Assembly: GCA_046726415.1 (NCBI GenBank)
Contig: JBKPAK010000096.1
Location: forward strand, 1 to 64,000
Direction of reading: 5' to 3'
From: Candidatus Methylomirabilota bacterium
GTDB lineage: Bacteria; Methylomirabilota; Methylomirabilia; Rokubacteriales; CSP1-6
Length of the DNA stretch: 64,000 nt
The translations under genes and the position numbers were made by a program. Below the pieces are notes generated by a model. It worked only from the letters and a program-made list of their open reading frames with translations. It did no database searches and had not been told where the DNA came from. Below, one piece after another: positions 1-8,860 of the stretch. The stretch's first letter is position 1, and every line of letters begins with the position of its first letter.

Positions 1-552
1 CTGCGCGGCAACCTGCACGCTCACACGACGTTCTCCGACGGCGTGCGCGATCCTCGAGCCCTCCTGGCCGAGTACGAAGCGCGGGGCTACGACTTCCTCG
101 CCATCACCGACCACGAGGATCACGAAAACCTGATGCTCGAGGAGTATCGGCGCGCCATCGAGGGTCTGAACGGTCGTCTCCTGGTCTTTCACGGGCTCGA
201 GCTGGACTACACGCCGCTCTCGCAACACGTGGGGCGGGTGCACGGGGACCGCGAGACCCTCTACGTGCTGAATCATCCCGCACGGTACAGGCTCACCGTG
301 GCTGAGACGATCGACCGCATGGGGATCATCAGGGCGGCTGGCCTCCCCCTCGACGCCGTGGAGGTCACGGATACTGGTTTCTACCGCCCGCTGTACGATA
401 CCGACGAGATCCCTCTCGTGAAGGTGGCGACGGACGACGCGCATCGGCCGCCCCACTTCGGCCGGGCCTGGATCGAGGTCGACGCCAAACGGGACCGCGA
501 CTCCATCATTCGCGCCATTCGGGCCGGCAACTTTCGCAAGATCGTCCTTTAG
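1..552 (+). CDS. PHP-domain metal-dependent phosphoesterase (5'-truncated by window edge)
   Basis: Frame 1 reads LRGNLHAHTTFSDG from base 1 (PHP HxH motif), followed by AITDH, NHP and DDAH motifs; stop at 550-552. Confidence 0.8.
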   Translation: MRGNLHAHTTFSDGVRDPRALLAEYEARGYDFLAITDHEDHENLMLEEYRRAIEGLNGRLLVFHGLELDYTPLSQHVGRVHGDRETLYVLNHPARYRLTVAETIDRMGIIRAAGLPLDAVEVTDTGFYRPLYDTDEIPLVKVATDDAHRPPHFGRAWIEVDAKRDRDSIIRAIRAGNFRKIVL

Positions 553-588
553 GGTCAGAGGAGCGCCCCCGAGTCCCTCATGGGCGGG

Positions 589-1215
589 TCAGGTGGTGCC
601 GATATGCGCCCGGGGCGGCACGCCGATGGAGCGCAGCAGGACCTCGGTGAGCGCAGGAACGCTCTCGGCAAGATCGGGGATTCCGGTGTGCAGCCACTGG
701 ACGACAATCTCATTGACCGCGCCCAGCCAAGCCAGCGTCGCCACGCGCGTGTCCAGTGGGGCAATCGCGCCCTCGGCCACCGCTTCGTCGAGGTAGCGCT
801 GGATGAGACTCGCGAAGCGACCGTGCACCTCCGCCCGCTTGGCCTGATAGACGGCGCCCAGGCTCACCGCTTCGAGCAGAATCAGCCGCGCGAGTGGTGC
901 ATTCTCGGCGAATGTGGCGAGGGCGGCCACCAGGGCACCTTCCACTTTGGCCAGCGCCCCCTGCCCCTCGCCGATGGCCGCGGCGACTGCGGTGGCCAGG
1001 CGCTGGGCGAAGTCGTCGACGAGGGCGAGGAAGAGCGCTTCCTTGGCGGGAAAGTGGTGATACACAGCACCCTTGGATGTGCCCGAGGCGCGGACGATGT
1101 CGTCCACCAGGGCCCTGTGATAGCCTTTGCGGGCGAATACGTCCAGGGCGGCCCCAAGGATGCGCTCTCGCGTCGCGGGTCTGAGGTCGGCGGCCTTCCC
1201 CCTCAGAGAGGTCAT
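589..1215 (-). CDS. TetR/AcrR family transcriptional regulator
   Basis: N-terminal HTH: TRERILGAALDVFARKGY...DIVRASGTSKGAVYHHFPAKEALF. Confidence 0.92.
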   Translation of the reverse strand: MTSLRGKAADLRPATRERILGAALDVFARKGYHRALVDDIVRASGTSKGAVYHHFPAKEALFLALVDDFAQRLATAVAAAIGEGQGALAKVEGALVAALATFAENAPLARLILLEAVSLGAVYQAKRAEVHGRFASLIQRYLDEAVAEGAIAPLDTRVATLAWLGAVNEIVVQWLHTGIPDLAESVPALTEVLLRSIGVPPRAHIGTT

Positions 1216-1217
1216 CG

Positions 1218-2045
1218 ATGCAAATCGTGCGGATCGGTCACAGTCCGGATGCTGACGATGCCTTCATGTTCTACGGGCTCACCGCGGGAAAAGTGCGCAT
1301 CGACGGCGTCCGCATCGAGCACGTGTTGGAGGACATCGAATCGCTGAACCGCCGCGCCCAGACGGCGGAGTTGGAGGTCACGGCCGTGTCGGCGGCGACC
1401 TACGCGATGGTGGCCGACCGCCATCGGATGATGGATCCCGGCGCCTCCATGGGGAAGGGCTACGGGCCCATCCTGGCGGCGCGTGCCCCCATCCGGCGCG
1501 AAGAGCTGGAGGAGAAGGTCATCGCCATTCCCGGCAGCCACACCACGGCCGCCCTGCTGCTGCGTCTCTACGTGGGTGATCCTCCCCTCATCGAGGTGGC
1601 ATTTGACAGGATCCCCCAGGCCGTGCTGGAGGGACAGGCCGACGCGGGCTTGCTCATCCACGAGGGCCAGATTACCCACTCCACCATGGGCCTCACCAAG
1701 GTGCTCGATCTCGGGGAGGTGTGGGCGCGAGAAACCGGGCTGCCGCTGCCGCTCGGGGTCAATGTCATGCGGCGCGACCTCGGTGAGGATCTGCACCGCG
1801 CGCTGTCCCAGGGGCTGCGCGACTCCATCGCGTGGGCTCACACCCACGTCGACGAGGCGCTGGCGTACGCGATGCGCTACGGGCGCGGCATCGACAAGGA
1901 GACGTGCCGGCGCTTCGTGCTGATGTATGTGAACGACTACACGCAGGCCCTGGGCACGGAGGGCCGGGCCGCCCTGGAGCGATTGTTCGGCATGGCCCAT
2001 CAGCGGCGCCTCATCCCGGCGGTCCCGCCCATCGATCCGATCTGA
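1218..2045 (+). CDS. mqnD: 1,4-dihydroxy-6-naphthoate synthase (MqnD family, futalosine pathway)
   Basis: GHSPDADDAFMFYGL, DIESLN, GYGP, TTA and LLIHEGQ...LDLGEVW...LPLPLG motifs; adjacent to mqnC and mqnE. Confidence 0.88.
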   Translation: MQIVRIGHSPDADDAFMFYGLTAGKVRIDGVRIEHVLEDIESLNRRAQTAELEVTAVSAATYAMVADRHRMMDPGASMGKGYGPILAARAPIRREELEEKVIAIPGSHTTAALLLRLYVGDPPLIEVAFDRIPQAVLEGQADAGLLIHEGQITHSTMGLTKVLDLGEVWARETGLPLPLGVNVMRRDLGEDLHRALSQGLRDSIAWAHTHVDEALAYAMRYGRGIDKETCRRFVLMYVNDYTQALGTEGRAALERLFGMAHQRRLIPAVPPIDPI

Positions 2046-2063
2046 TCCACGAGGGCCCGCCGG

Positions 2064-3176
2064 CTAGTACGACGCGAGGATCTCGTACTCGGTCGTGCGC
2101 TGGGTGGGCGTGAAACCGGCATCTCGAATGAGATCGACGATCTCCCCGACATTGATGGTGTTCACGTAGTTCGCGGCCTTGTGGACATTCTCCTCGAAGA
2201 GGGTGCCCCCCCAGTCGTCGGCGCCGAAGTGCAGCGCGATCTGGCCGGCCCGCTTGCCCTCAGAGAACCACGAAGCCTGGATGTGTTCGAAGTTGTCGAG
2301 ATACAGGCGCGAGGTGGCGAGCATGCGCAGGTACATGTTCGGGCCCTGGTAGTGCTTGATCCACTTCTCGAGGAGGGTGTGGCCGGGCTTGAACGACCAC
2401 GGCACGAAGGCCGTGAAGCCGTGGTGGAGATCTTGAAGCTCGCGAATAGCGTCCCAGTGATCGAGCACATCGTCGACCTGCTCGACGTGCCCGTACATCA
2501 TGGTGGCCGTGCTCCGGAAGCCCCGCGCGTGCGCGGCGCGGTGGACCTCCAGCCACGCCTCCGGGCCGCCCTTCTTGGGGGCGATGCGCGCGCGGACCCG
2601 GTGGGAGAGAATTTCCGCCCCGCCGCCGGGCAAGGTCCGCTGTCCGGCCTCGTGGAGGCGATCGAGAATGTCGCCGACGGTGAGGCCGCTCGCGGCGGCG
2701 ATGGTCTGGATTTCCGAAGCCGTGAAGAAGTGCGGTGTCACGCCCGGGAAGCGACGGCGCGTCTCGCGTACCAGGCTCAGATAGTACTCGAGCGGCAGGG
2801 CCGGATTGTGGCCGCCCTGCAGGAGGACGGTGGTCGCGCCCTGGTTTGCCGCCGACTCGATCCGCGCGAGGACCTCGTCCACGGTGAGGGTGTAGGCCTC
2901 GGGGTGGCCGGATTTCCGGTAGAAGGCGCAGAACTGGCAGTCCGTGATGCAGACGTTCGTGTAGTTGGGATTGGTGTCGATGACGAACGTCACGCGCGGC
3001 TCTGGGAGGCGCGCAAAGCGTGCTTGTTGGGCCAAGGCGCCCAGCTCCAGCAAGGGCGTTTCGGCGAGCAGCCACCGACCTTCGTCGCGATCCAACCGCT
3101 GCCCGTCGGCGATCTTGGCCCGGATGGCCTCCGCCCGCCCCGCGACGAGCATGTCGGGATTCCCCCTCTCACTCAT
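2064..3176 (-). CDS. mqnC: cyclic dehypoxanthinyl futalosine synthase (radical SAM, CofH-like)
   Basis: TFVIDTNPNYTNVCITDCQFCAFY (CxxxCxxC), LLQGG, PGGGAEIL, HIQASW and FEENV motifs. Confidence 0.88.
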   Translation of the reverse strand: MSERGNPDMLVAGRAEAIRAKIADGQRLDRDEGRWLLAETPLLELGALAQQARFARLPEPRVTFVIDTNPNYTNVCITDCQFCAFYRKSGHPEAYTLTVDEVLARIESAANQGATTVLLQGGHNPALPLEYYLSLVRETRRRFPGVTPHFFTASEIQTIAAASGLTVGDILDRLHEAGQRTLPGGGAEILSHRVRARIAPKKGGPEAWLEVHRAAHARGFRSTATMMYGHVEQVDDVLDHWDAIRELQDLHHGFTAFVPWSFKPGHTLLEKWIKHYQGPNMYLRMLATSRLYLDNFEHIQASWFSEGKRAGQIALHFGADDWGGTLFEENVHKAANYVNTINVGEIVDLIRDAGFTPTQRTTEYEILASY

Positions 3177-4251
3177 TCCACACGCGTACCACGTTGTAGA
3201 GCGCGTCGCGTTCCACCGGCACTTTGCCGGCGTCGCGGATCATCCGGAAGAGTTGCTCACGCGCCACCCCGGCCGGCGTTTGCGCCCCCGCCATGTGCTG
3301 GATGCGTTCATCCTCCAAGGTGCCATTGACGTCGTCGGCCCCGAAGTGGAGCGCTATGGAGGTCGTTTCCTCACCGAGCACCACCCAGTAGGCTTCAACG
3401 TGCGGGAAGTTGTCGAGGAGGAGCCGCGCCGCGGCGATGGTGCGGAGGCTGTCGGTGGGCGGGGTCTGGCGCGGCACCAGCTTGGTGCTACCCACTTGAT
3501 AGGCGAGGGGAATGAACGTGAGGAACCCGCCGGAGCGATCCTGCTGCTCGCGAAGACGGTTGAGGTGCTCCACGCGTTCGGCCAAAGTTTCCACGTGGCC
3601 GTACAGCATCGTCGCGTTGGTCCAGATGCCCAGGCCGTGGGCGATTCCATGGATCTCACACCAGCGGTCGGGATCCGCCTTGCCGGTGTAGTGGAGCAGC
3701 TTGGCCAGGCGCGGCGAGAAGATCTCGGCGCCACCGCCCGGCATCGACTGGAGCCCAGCCGTCTTCAGGCGCGTCAGCGATTCCTTAGGCTCGATCCTCC
3801 AGCGGCGCCAGAAGTAGTCGATCTCGGCGGCCGTGAAGGCCTTGATCTGCACCTGGGGATGCGCCGCGCGGATGGCCGCGATGATCCGCTCGTAGTACTC
3901 GAAGGGCCAGTCGGGGTGGTGACCGCCCACGATGTGCACCTCGCGGCAGTCGGGCTTCACCATCCCTACCATGTCTTCGATGGTGTGCTCGTAGGCGCCG
4001 GCCTGTCCTTTCTTGCGGGCGAAATCGCAGAAGCGGCAGGACAGCACACACACGTTCGTCGGGGTGATGTGGCGGTTGATGACGAAGTAGACGCGATCAC
4101 CCTCGCGCCGTGACTTCGCGGCACTCGCCATCTGTCCGAGTCCGAGGAGATCGGGCGTCTGGAAGAGGAGAAGTCCGTCGTCGCTGCCAAGCCTTACCCC
4201 TCGCTGGACCTTTTCCCATACTGCGCTCAAGCGTGAATCCGAGAAGTGCAC
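3169..4251 (-). CDS. mqnE: aminodeoxyfutalosine synthase (radical SAM)
   Basis: NRHITPTNVCVLSCRFCDF, EVHIVGG, KAFTAAEI, HVEAYW and ERIQHMAGA motifs; GTG at 4251 preceded by GAGGAGG. Confidence 0.88.
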   Translation of the reverse strand: MHFSDSRLSAVWEKVQRGVRLGSDDGLLLFQTPDLLGLGQMASAAKSRREGDRVYFVINRHITPTNVCVLSCRFCDFARKKGQAGAYEHTIEDMVGMVKPDCREVHIVGGHHPDWPFEYYERIIAAIRAAHPQVQIKAFTAAEIDYFWRRWRIEPKESLTRLKTAGLQSMPGGGAEIFSPRLAKLLHYTGKADPDRWCEIHGIAHGLGIWTNATMLYGHVETLAERVEHLNRLREQQDRSGGFLTFIPLAYQVGSTKLVPRQTPPTDSLRTIAAARLLLDNFPHVEAYWVVLGEETTSIALHFGADDVNGTLEDERIQHMAGAQTPAGVAREQLFRMIRDAGKVPVERDALYNVVRVWNE

Positions 4252-4308
4252 GGGTGTCGCCTCCTCGGCGCCGGGGGAGCGCCTGGTGCCGGTGGCACGA
4301 CCGGCGCA

Positions 4309-4361
4309 AGTCAGACCGACTGGTCGGTCTGACTCTAACTGGCAATAAACGGACGAGTCAA
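4309..4361 (-). promoter_or_regulatory. sigma70-type promoter of mqnE (TTGACT-N18-TAGAGT) overlapped by the inverted repeat AGTCAGACCGAC-TG-GTCGGTCTGACT, a probable TetR operator
   Basis: -35 at 4361-4356 and -10 at 4337-4332 on the minus strand; perfect 12-bp arms spanning 4309-4334. Confidence 0.7.
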
Positions 4362-4505
4362 GTCCTCGACCTTCGCCGGGCCACGGCAGGACGCCTCCTG
4401 GGAGAAGAACCCTTTCCTGCGTCGCGACGTTTCCTGGTCGTCGCCAGCCTGGCATTGCCTCTCGGGGCTATCTCCGCGCAAGGTCGCCCCCTCCCGGGCG
4501 GAGGG

Positions 4506-4525
4506 TTGTACGAATGCACTACAAT
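4506..4525 (+). promoter_or_regulatory. candidate -10 (TACAAT) of the TRAP operon within a TTGTA-N9-TACAA inverted repeat
   Basis: ttgtacgaatgcactacaat at 4506-4525, about 120 bp upstream of dctP. Confidence 0.4.
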
Positions 4526-4647
4526 ACGTGCGCTCGCCGAGGGCAGGACAGATTGCCCTCAGGCCCGCGGAGGGATCCCGGGATTCGGACGGTGATCGTG
4601 GGCCGTGACCCCAAACCTTCAAACCGACCTCAATGAGGAGGTGTCGT

Positions 4648-5784
4648 ATGGACGACTCGCAGGCAACGACCGAGACGTCGCGCCGCAAGTTCCTCCGGGG
4701 CGCCGCGGTGGCCGCGGTGACAGGCGCCGCCCTGGCCGCCCCGTCGGTCGTCAAGGCCCAGGGGCCGATCACGATGCGTTGGCAGAGCACTTGGCCGGCG
4801 AAGGATATCTTCCACGAGTACGCGCTCGATTACGCCAAGAAGGTGAATGACATGACCGGCGGCGACCTCAAGATCGACGTGCTGCCTGCCGGCGCGGTGG
4901 TCCCGGCCTTCGGGCTGCTCGACGCGGTGTCGAAGGGCACGCTCGACGGTGGCCACGGCGTGCTGGTGTATCACTACGGCAAGCAGACGGCACTCGCCCT
5001 CTGGGGGTCGGGTCCGGCGTATGGGATGGACGCCAACATGCTGCTGGCCTGGCACAAATATGGCGGTGGCAAGCAACTGCTCGACAAGCTCTACAAGTCG
5101 ATCAACGCCAACGTCGTCTCCTTCCCCTACGGCCCCATGCCCACGCAGCCCCTGGGGTGGTTCAAGAAGCCGATCACGAAGGCCGACGACCTCAAAGGGC
5201 TCAAGTTCCGCACGGTGGGCATCTCCATCGACGTGTTCACGGGCCTGGGAGCGGCGGTGAACGCACTGCCCGGGGGCGACATCGTACCGGCCATGGACCG
5301 CGGGCTCCTCGACGCCGCGGAGTTCAACAATGCCACCTCCGACCGCATCCTGGGCTTCGCCGACGTGTCGAAGGTCTGCATGCTGCAGAGCTATCACCAG
5401 AACGCCGAGCAGCTCGAGATCCTGTTCAACAAGACGAAGTTCGATGTCCTGCCCGACAAGATGAAGGCCCTCATCGAGTACGCCGTGGAAGCGGCCTCGG
5501 CCGACATGTCCTGGAAGGCCATCGACCGATACTCGAAGGACTACATCGAGCTGCAGACGAAGGACAAGGTGCGCTTCTACAAGACCCCCGACTCCGTGCT
5601 GCAGAAGGAGCTCGAGGTGTACGACGCGGCCGCCGACAAGAAGTCCGCGGACAACCCCATGTTCAAGGAGATTGCCGAGTCGCAGCGCGCGTTCGCGGCG
5701 CGGGCGGTGAAGTGGGATCTCGACACCAACGTCAGCCGCCGCATGGCCTACAACCACTACTTCGGCAAACCCGCCGCCAAGTAG
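4648..5784 (+). CDS. dctP: TRAP transporter substrate-binding protein (DctP/TakP-like) with Tat signal
   Basis: SRRKFLRGAA twin-arginine signal; WQSTWP, GAVVPAF and GWFKKPI...DLKGLKFR motifs; AGGAGG before ATG 4648. Confidence 0.9.
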   Translation: MDDSQATTETSRRKFLRGAAVAAVTGAALAAPSVVKAQGPITMRWQSTWPAKDIFHEYALDYAKKVNDMTGGDLKIDVLPAGAVVPAFGLLDAVSKGTLDGGHGVLVYHYGKQTALALWGSGPAYGMDANMLLAWHKYGGGKQLLDKLYKSINANVVSFPYGPMPTQPLGWFKKPITKADDLKGLKFRTVGISIDVFTGLGAAVNALPGGDIVPAMDRGLLDAAEFNNATSDRILGFADVSKVCMLQSYHQNAEQLEILFNKTKFDVLPDKMKALIEYAVEAASADMSWKAIDRYSKDYIELQTKDKVRFYKTPDSVLQKELEVYDAAADKKSADNPMFKEIAESQRAFAARAVKWDLDTNVSRRMAYNHYFGKPAAK

Positions 5785-5861
5785 AGCTAGCCCTTCGTGA
5801 CCCGTTACAGGCCGACCGGCTTTCCGCCGCCTGGCGAAGGGCCGGCCGGTCGTCGTTGCCC

Positions 5862-6539
5862 ATGAACGCTCAGCGCCTGCTCCGGGCGTTCGACCTGGTC
5901 AGCACCTGGTCGGGCAAGGCGTTTGCCTGGCTGATCGTTGTCCTGACGCTCGTCGTCTCCGTCGAGGTCTTCAAGCGGTACATCCTCAACGCCCCTACCG
6001 CCTGGATCTTCGACCTCAACAACATGCTGTACGGCACGCTGTTCATGATGTGCGGCGCCTACACCTTGGCCCAGAGCGGTCACGTGCGGGCCGATTTCAT
6101 CTACGCTTACTTGCGCCCACGGGCGCAAGCTACCCTCGACCTGGTCTTGTACCTGCTGTTCTTCGTCCCGGGCATCCTGGCCCTGATCTATGCCGGCGCC
6201 GACTACGCGGCCGCCTCCTGGACCATCGGCGAGCGCTCGACGGTGACCGCCGAGGGCCCGCCGGTCTATCACTTCAAGTCGGTCATCCCCGTCGCCGGCG
6301 CGCTCGTCATGCTGCAAGGCGTCGCCGAGATCGTGCGCTGCGTTCTGTGCCTCCGCACAGGCGCCTGGCCGGCGCGGCTGACGGACGTGGAGGAGATCGA
6401 CGTCGTCGGCGAACAGCTCGCGCGCAGCGAGTTCGTGGACGAGGAATCGCGTCGCGCAGCCATCGAGTCGGCACACGCCATCGACGAGGCGGCGCGCCAC
6501 CGGGCGGTGGTGGACGAGACCGAACGGCGAGATCCGTGA
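5862..6539 (+). CDS. dctQ: TRAP transporter small permease
   Basis: Four TM segments; EVFKRYILNAPTAW and GAYTL...HVRAD motifs; ATG at 5862. Confidence 0.88.
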   Translation: MNAQRLLRAFDLVSTWSGKAFAWLIVVLTLVVSVEVFKRYILNAPTAWIFDLNNMLYGTLFMMCGAYTLAQSGHVRADFIYAYLRPRAQATLDLVLYLLFFVPGILALIYAGADYAAASWTIGERSTVTAEGPPVYHFKSVIPVAGALVMLQGVAEIVRCVLCLRTGAWPARLTDVEEIDVVGEQLARSEFVDEESRRAAIESAHAIDEAARHRAVVDETERRDP

Positions 6540-8815
6540 GCGATCCGTCCCTCGGCCTGGCCATGCTCGGACTCATCGTGATCACCATCATGATGGGCTT
6601 CCCGACCGCGTTCACCCTGATGGGTCTGGGGATGGTCTTCGGCTTCATCGCCTTCTGGAACCCCGCCCAGCCCTGGTACGACAACCACGCGTTCGACCTG
6701 ATGGTGCAGCGGGCGTACGGGGTGATGACCAACGACACCCTGCTCTCGATCCCCCTGTTCGTGTTCATGGGGTACGTCATGGAGCGGGCGGCCCTGGTGG
6801 ACCGGATGTTTCACAGTGTGCAGCTCGCCTTCCGGCGCGTACCCGCCTCGCTGGCCGTGACCACACTGCTGGTGTGCGCGTTCTGGGGGATCGCCTCGGG
6901 CATCGTCGGGGCGGTGGTGGTCCTCATGGGCGTGATCGCCATGCGGCCGATGCTGCACGCGGGCTACGACGTGCGGCTCGCTTCTGGGGCCATCACCGCG
7001 GGTGGCACCTTGGGGATCCTCATTCCTCCCTCGGTGATGCTGATCGTCTACGCTGCTGTGGCCGGACAATCGATCGTGAAACTCTACGCGGCGGCCATGC
7101 TGCCCGGCTTCTTTCTCACCTTCCTCTACCTGCTCTACATCCTCGGCTGGGCGATCCTCAATCCGAGAATCGCGCCCAAGCTTCCACCGGACCAGTACCG
7201 AGTCGCGGTGCCGGAGTGGCTCGGACGGCTGGAGCGCGGTCAAGCCAAGAGACTTTGCTGGGCTCTTCTGGTCGCGGCCGTCCGGCCGAGCGTGCTGCGC
7301 GGCGCCCGCGCCCCGGACGGGCGGCCCGTGAGCTACGGCCTGATCGCCAGGAGTCTCTTGACCGCGATGGTGCCGGCGGTTCTGACCTTGGCGACGTTCG
7401 GCGCCACCTGGTGGTACGTCGTCGTCTACAACGCGCCAACCGCGGCCGTTGCGTCCGTCCGCACTTCAAGCAGCTCACCGTCAACCGTGGGCCAGGCGCC
7501 CAGGGGAGAAGCGGACAAGCCTCAGGCGCTCGGCAGCGTGTCGGAGCGAGCCCTGGGATCGAGGCCGGAGAAGCTCGAGGAGCTTGGTGCAGCATCCGAC
7601 ACGCCCCGACGCGCCGGGTCCGAGAAGCTTCAGGAGCTCGGCAGCGCCGCGCTCGATAAGCCTGAGGAGCTCGGGAGCGCGGCGCCCGAGAAGTCCCAGG
7701 AGCTGGGAACGCCGTCGGAGCGGCCACAGGAACTTGGCGCCGCATCCGAGCAGAGGCGGGAGCCGGGATCTCCCTCCGAGCCGCCGCAGGAGTTGGGGGT
7801 AGCGGCCGAGAAGGCCCAGGTTCCCGGCGCGCCGCCTCGACCACTGGGCTCTCCAACAGCCGAGCCGCTCGACGGGTCGGCCGCGGGGAAGATCCCCAGG
7901 AATTTCTATGCCTGGTTCTGGGGATTCGCGGGACTCTGCGCGCTCCTGCTCGCTCTCTATTACTGGCGCATGGACGGCGAGCAGCTCGTGATTCTGAAGG
8001 AGCTGGTGTCCTCGGTGGTGCCCCTGGGGGTTCTCACCGTGGTGGTGCTGGCCGTCATCCTGTTCGGCATCACCACCGCGACCGAATCGGCGGCCGTGGG
8101 CGCCCTCGGCGCACTGTACCTCGCGGTCATGGCGAAGTACCAGCGCCTGGTGTGGTGGTCGAGCCTGGTCGGCGCGATCGTCGGCATCGCTCTGGCCTGG
8201 AATCGCGCTGACGTGGTGACGCTCCTGGTGTCCGGCTGTCTCGGTGGCGTGCTCCTGGGAACCGTCGTGCCCTGGAGCTGGGGATTGCGGCGCTCCCCGG
8301 ACCTGTGGCAGAACCTCAAGGAATCGACGTTTCTCACCGCCAAGACGACCGCGATGGTGTGCTGGCTCTTCGTCGGTTCCGCCCTCTTCTCCGCCGTGTT
8401 TGCGCTCCACGGCGGCCAGTCGCTGATCGAGCGATGGGTGCTCGGGATGAACCTGTCGCCGCTCGGCTTCCTGATGATTTCGCAGGCCATCATCTTCCTG
8501 CTCGGCTGGCCGCTGGAGTGGACGGAGATCATCGTGATCTTTTGCCCGATCTTCATTCCGCTCCTCAGCCACTTCAACGTCGACCCCCTGCTGTTCGGCA
8601 CCATGGTGGCGGTGAATCTCCAGGCGGCTTTTCTCTCGCCGCCGGTGGCCATGTCGGCCTTCTACCTCAAGGGCGTGTCGCCATCTCATGTGACGTTGAA
8701 CCAGATCTTCGCGGGGATGATGCCCTTCATGCTGATCGTCCTCCTCTGCCTCGCGTTCATGTACCTGTGGCCGGGCATGACCCTCTGGTTGCCCGAATTC
8801 CTGTACGGGAGCTGA
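6536..8815 (+). CDS. dctM: TRAP transporter large permease with a large hydrophilic repeat insertion
   Basis: GFPTAF, SIPLFVFMG, GGTLGILIPPS, TATESAAVG and FLSPP motifs; GTGA overlap with the dctQ stop. Confidence 0.88.
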   Translation: MSDPSLGLAMLGLIVITIMMGFPTAFTLMGLGMVFGFIAFWNPAQPWYDNHAFDLMVQRAYGVMTNDTLLSIPLFVFMGYVMERAALVDRMFHSVQLAFRRVPASLAVTTLLVCAFWGIASGIVGAVVVLMGVIAMRPMLHAGYDVRLASGAITAGGTLGILIPPSVMLIVYAAVAGQSIVKLYAAAMLPGFFLTFLYLLYILGWAILNPRIAPKLPPDQYRVAVPEWLGRLERGQAKRLCWALLVAAVRPSVLRGARAPDGRPVSYGLIARSLLTAMVPAVLTLATFGATWWYVVVYNAPTAAVASVRTSSSSPSTVGQAPRGEADKPQALGSVSERALGSRPEKLEELGAASDTPRRAGSEKLQELGSAALDKPEELGSAAPEKSQELGTPSERPQELGAASEQRREPGSPSEPPQELGVAAEKAQVPGAPPRPLGSPTAEPLDGSAAGKIPRNFYAWFWGFAGLCALLLALYYWRMDGEQLVILKELVSSVVPLGVLTVVVLAVILFGITTATESAAVGALGALYLAVMAKYQRLVWWSSLVGAIVGIALAWNRADVVTLLVSGCLGGVLLGTVVPWSWGLRRSPDLWQNLKESTFLTAKTTAMVCWLFVGSALFSAVFALHGGQSLIERWVLGMNLSPLGFLMISQAIIFLLGWPLEWTEIIVIFCPIFIPLLSHFNVDPLLFGTMVAVNLQAAFLSPPVAMSAFYLKGVSPSHVTLNQIFAGMMPFMLIVLLCLAFMYLWPGMTLWLPEFLYGS
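7515..7855 (+). repeat. degenerate in-frame repeats inside dctM encoding (E/D)-K/R/P-x-(Q/E)-E-L-G-x, mostly 30-33 nt apart
   Basis: KPQALGS, EKLEELGA, EKLQELGS, DKPEELGS, EKSQELGT, ERPQELGA, EQRREPGS, EPPQELGV. Confidence 0.85.
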
Positions 8816-8849
8816 GAGCCCTTGCTCGAATTCCTGTACGGGAGCTGAG
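8789..8849 (+). repeat. direct duplication of the dctM 3' end including the stop codon (28 bp, period 33)
   Basis: ttgcccgaattcctgtacgggagctgag (8789-8816) vs ttgctcgaattcctgtacgggagctgag (8822-8849). Confidence 0.95.
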
Positions 8850-8860
8850 GACTCGCCGCC

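Noticed and set aside
1214-2036. Recombinase-driven invertible switch between the two ATCGAT sites at the ends of mqnD
   Set aside because: The sites are only 6-7 bp, no recombinase is nearby, and flipping between them would remove the mqnD stop codon
2064-4251. F420 biosynthesis cofG/cofH
   Set aside because: The motifs and adjacency to mqnD fit MqnC and MqnE better, and no other cof genes are present
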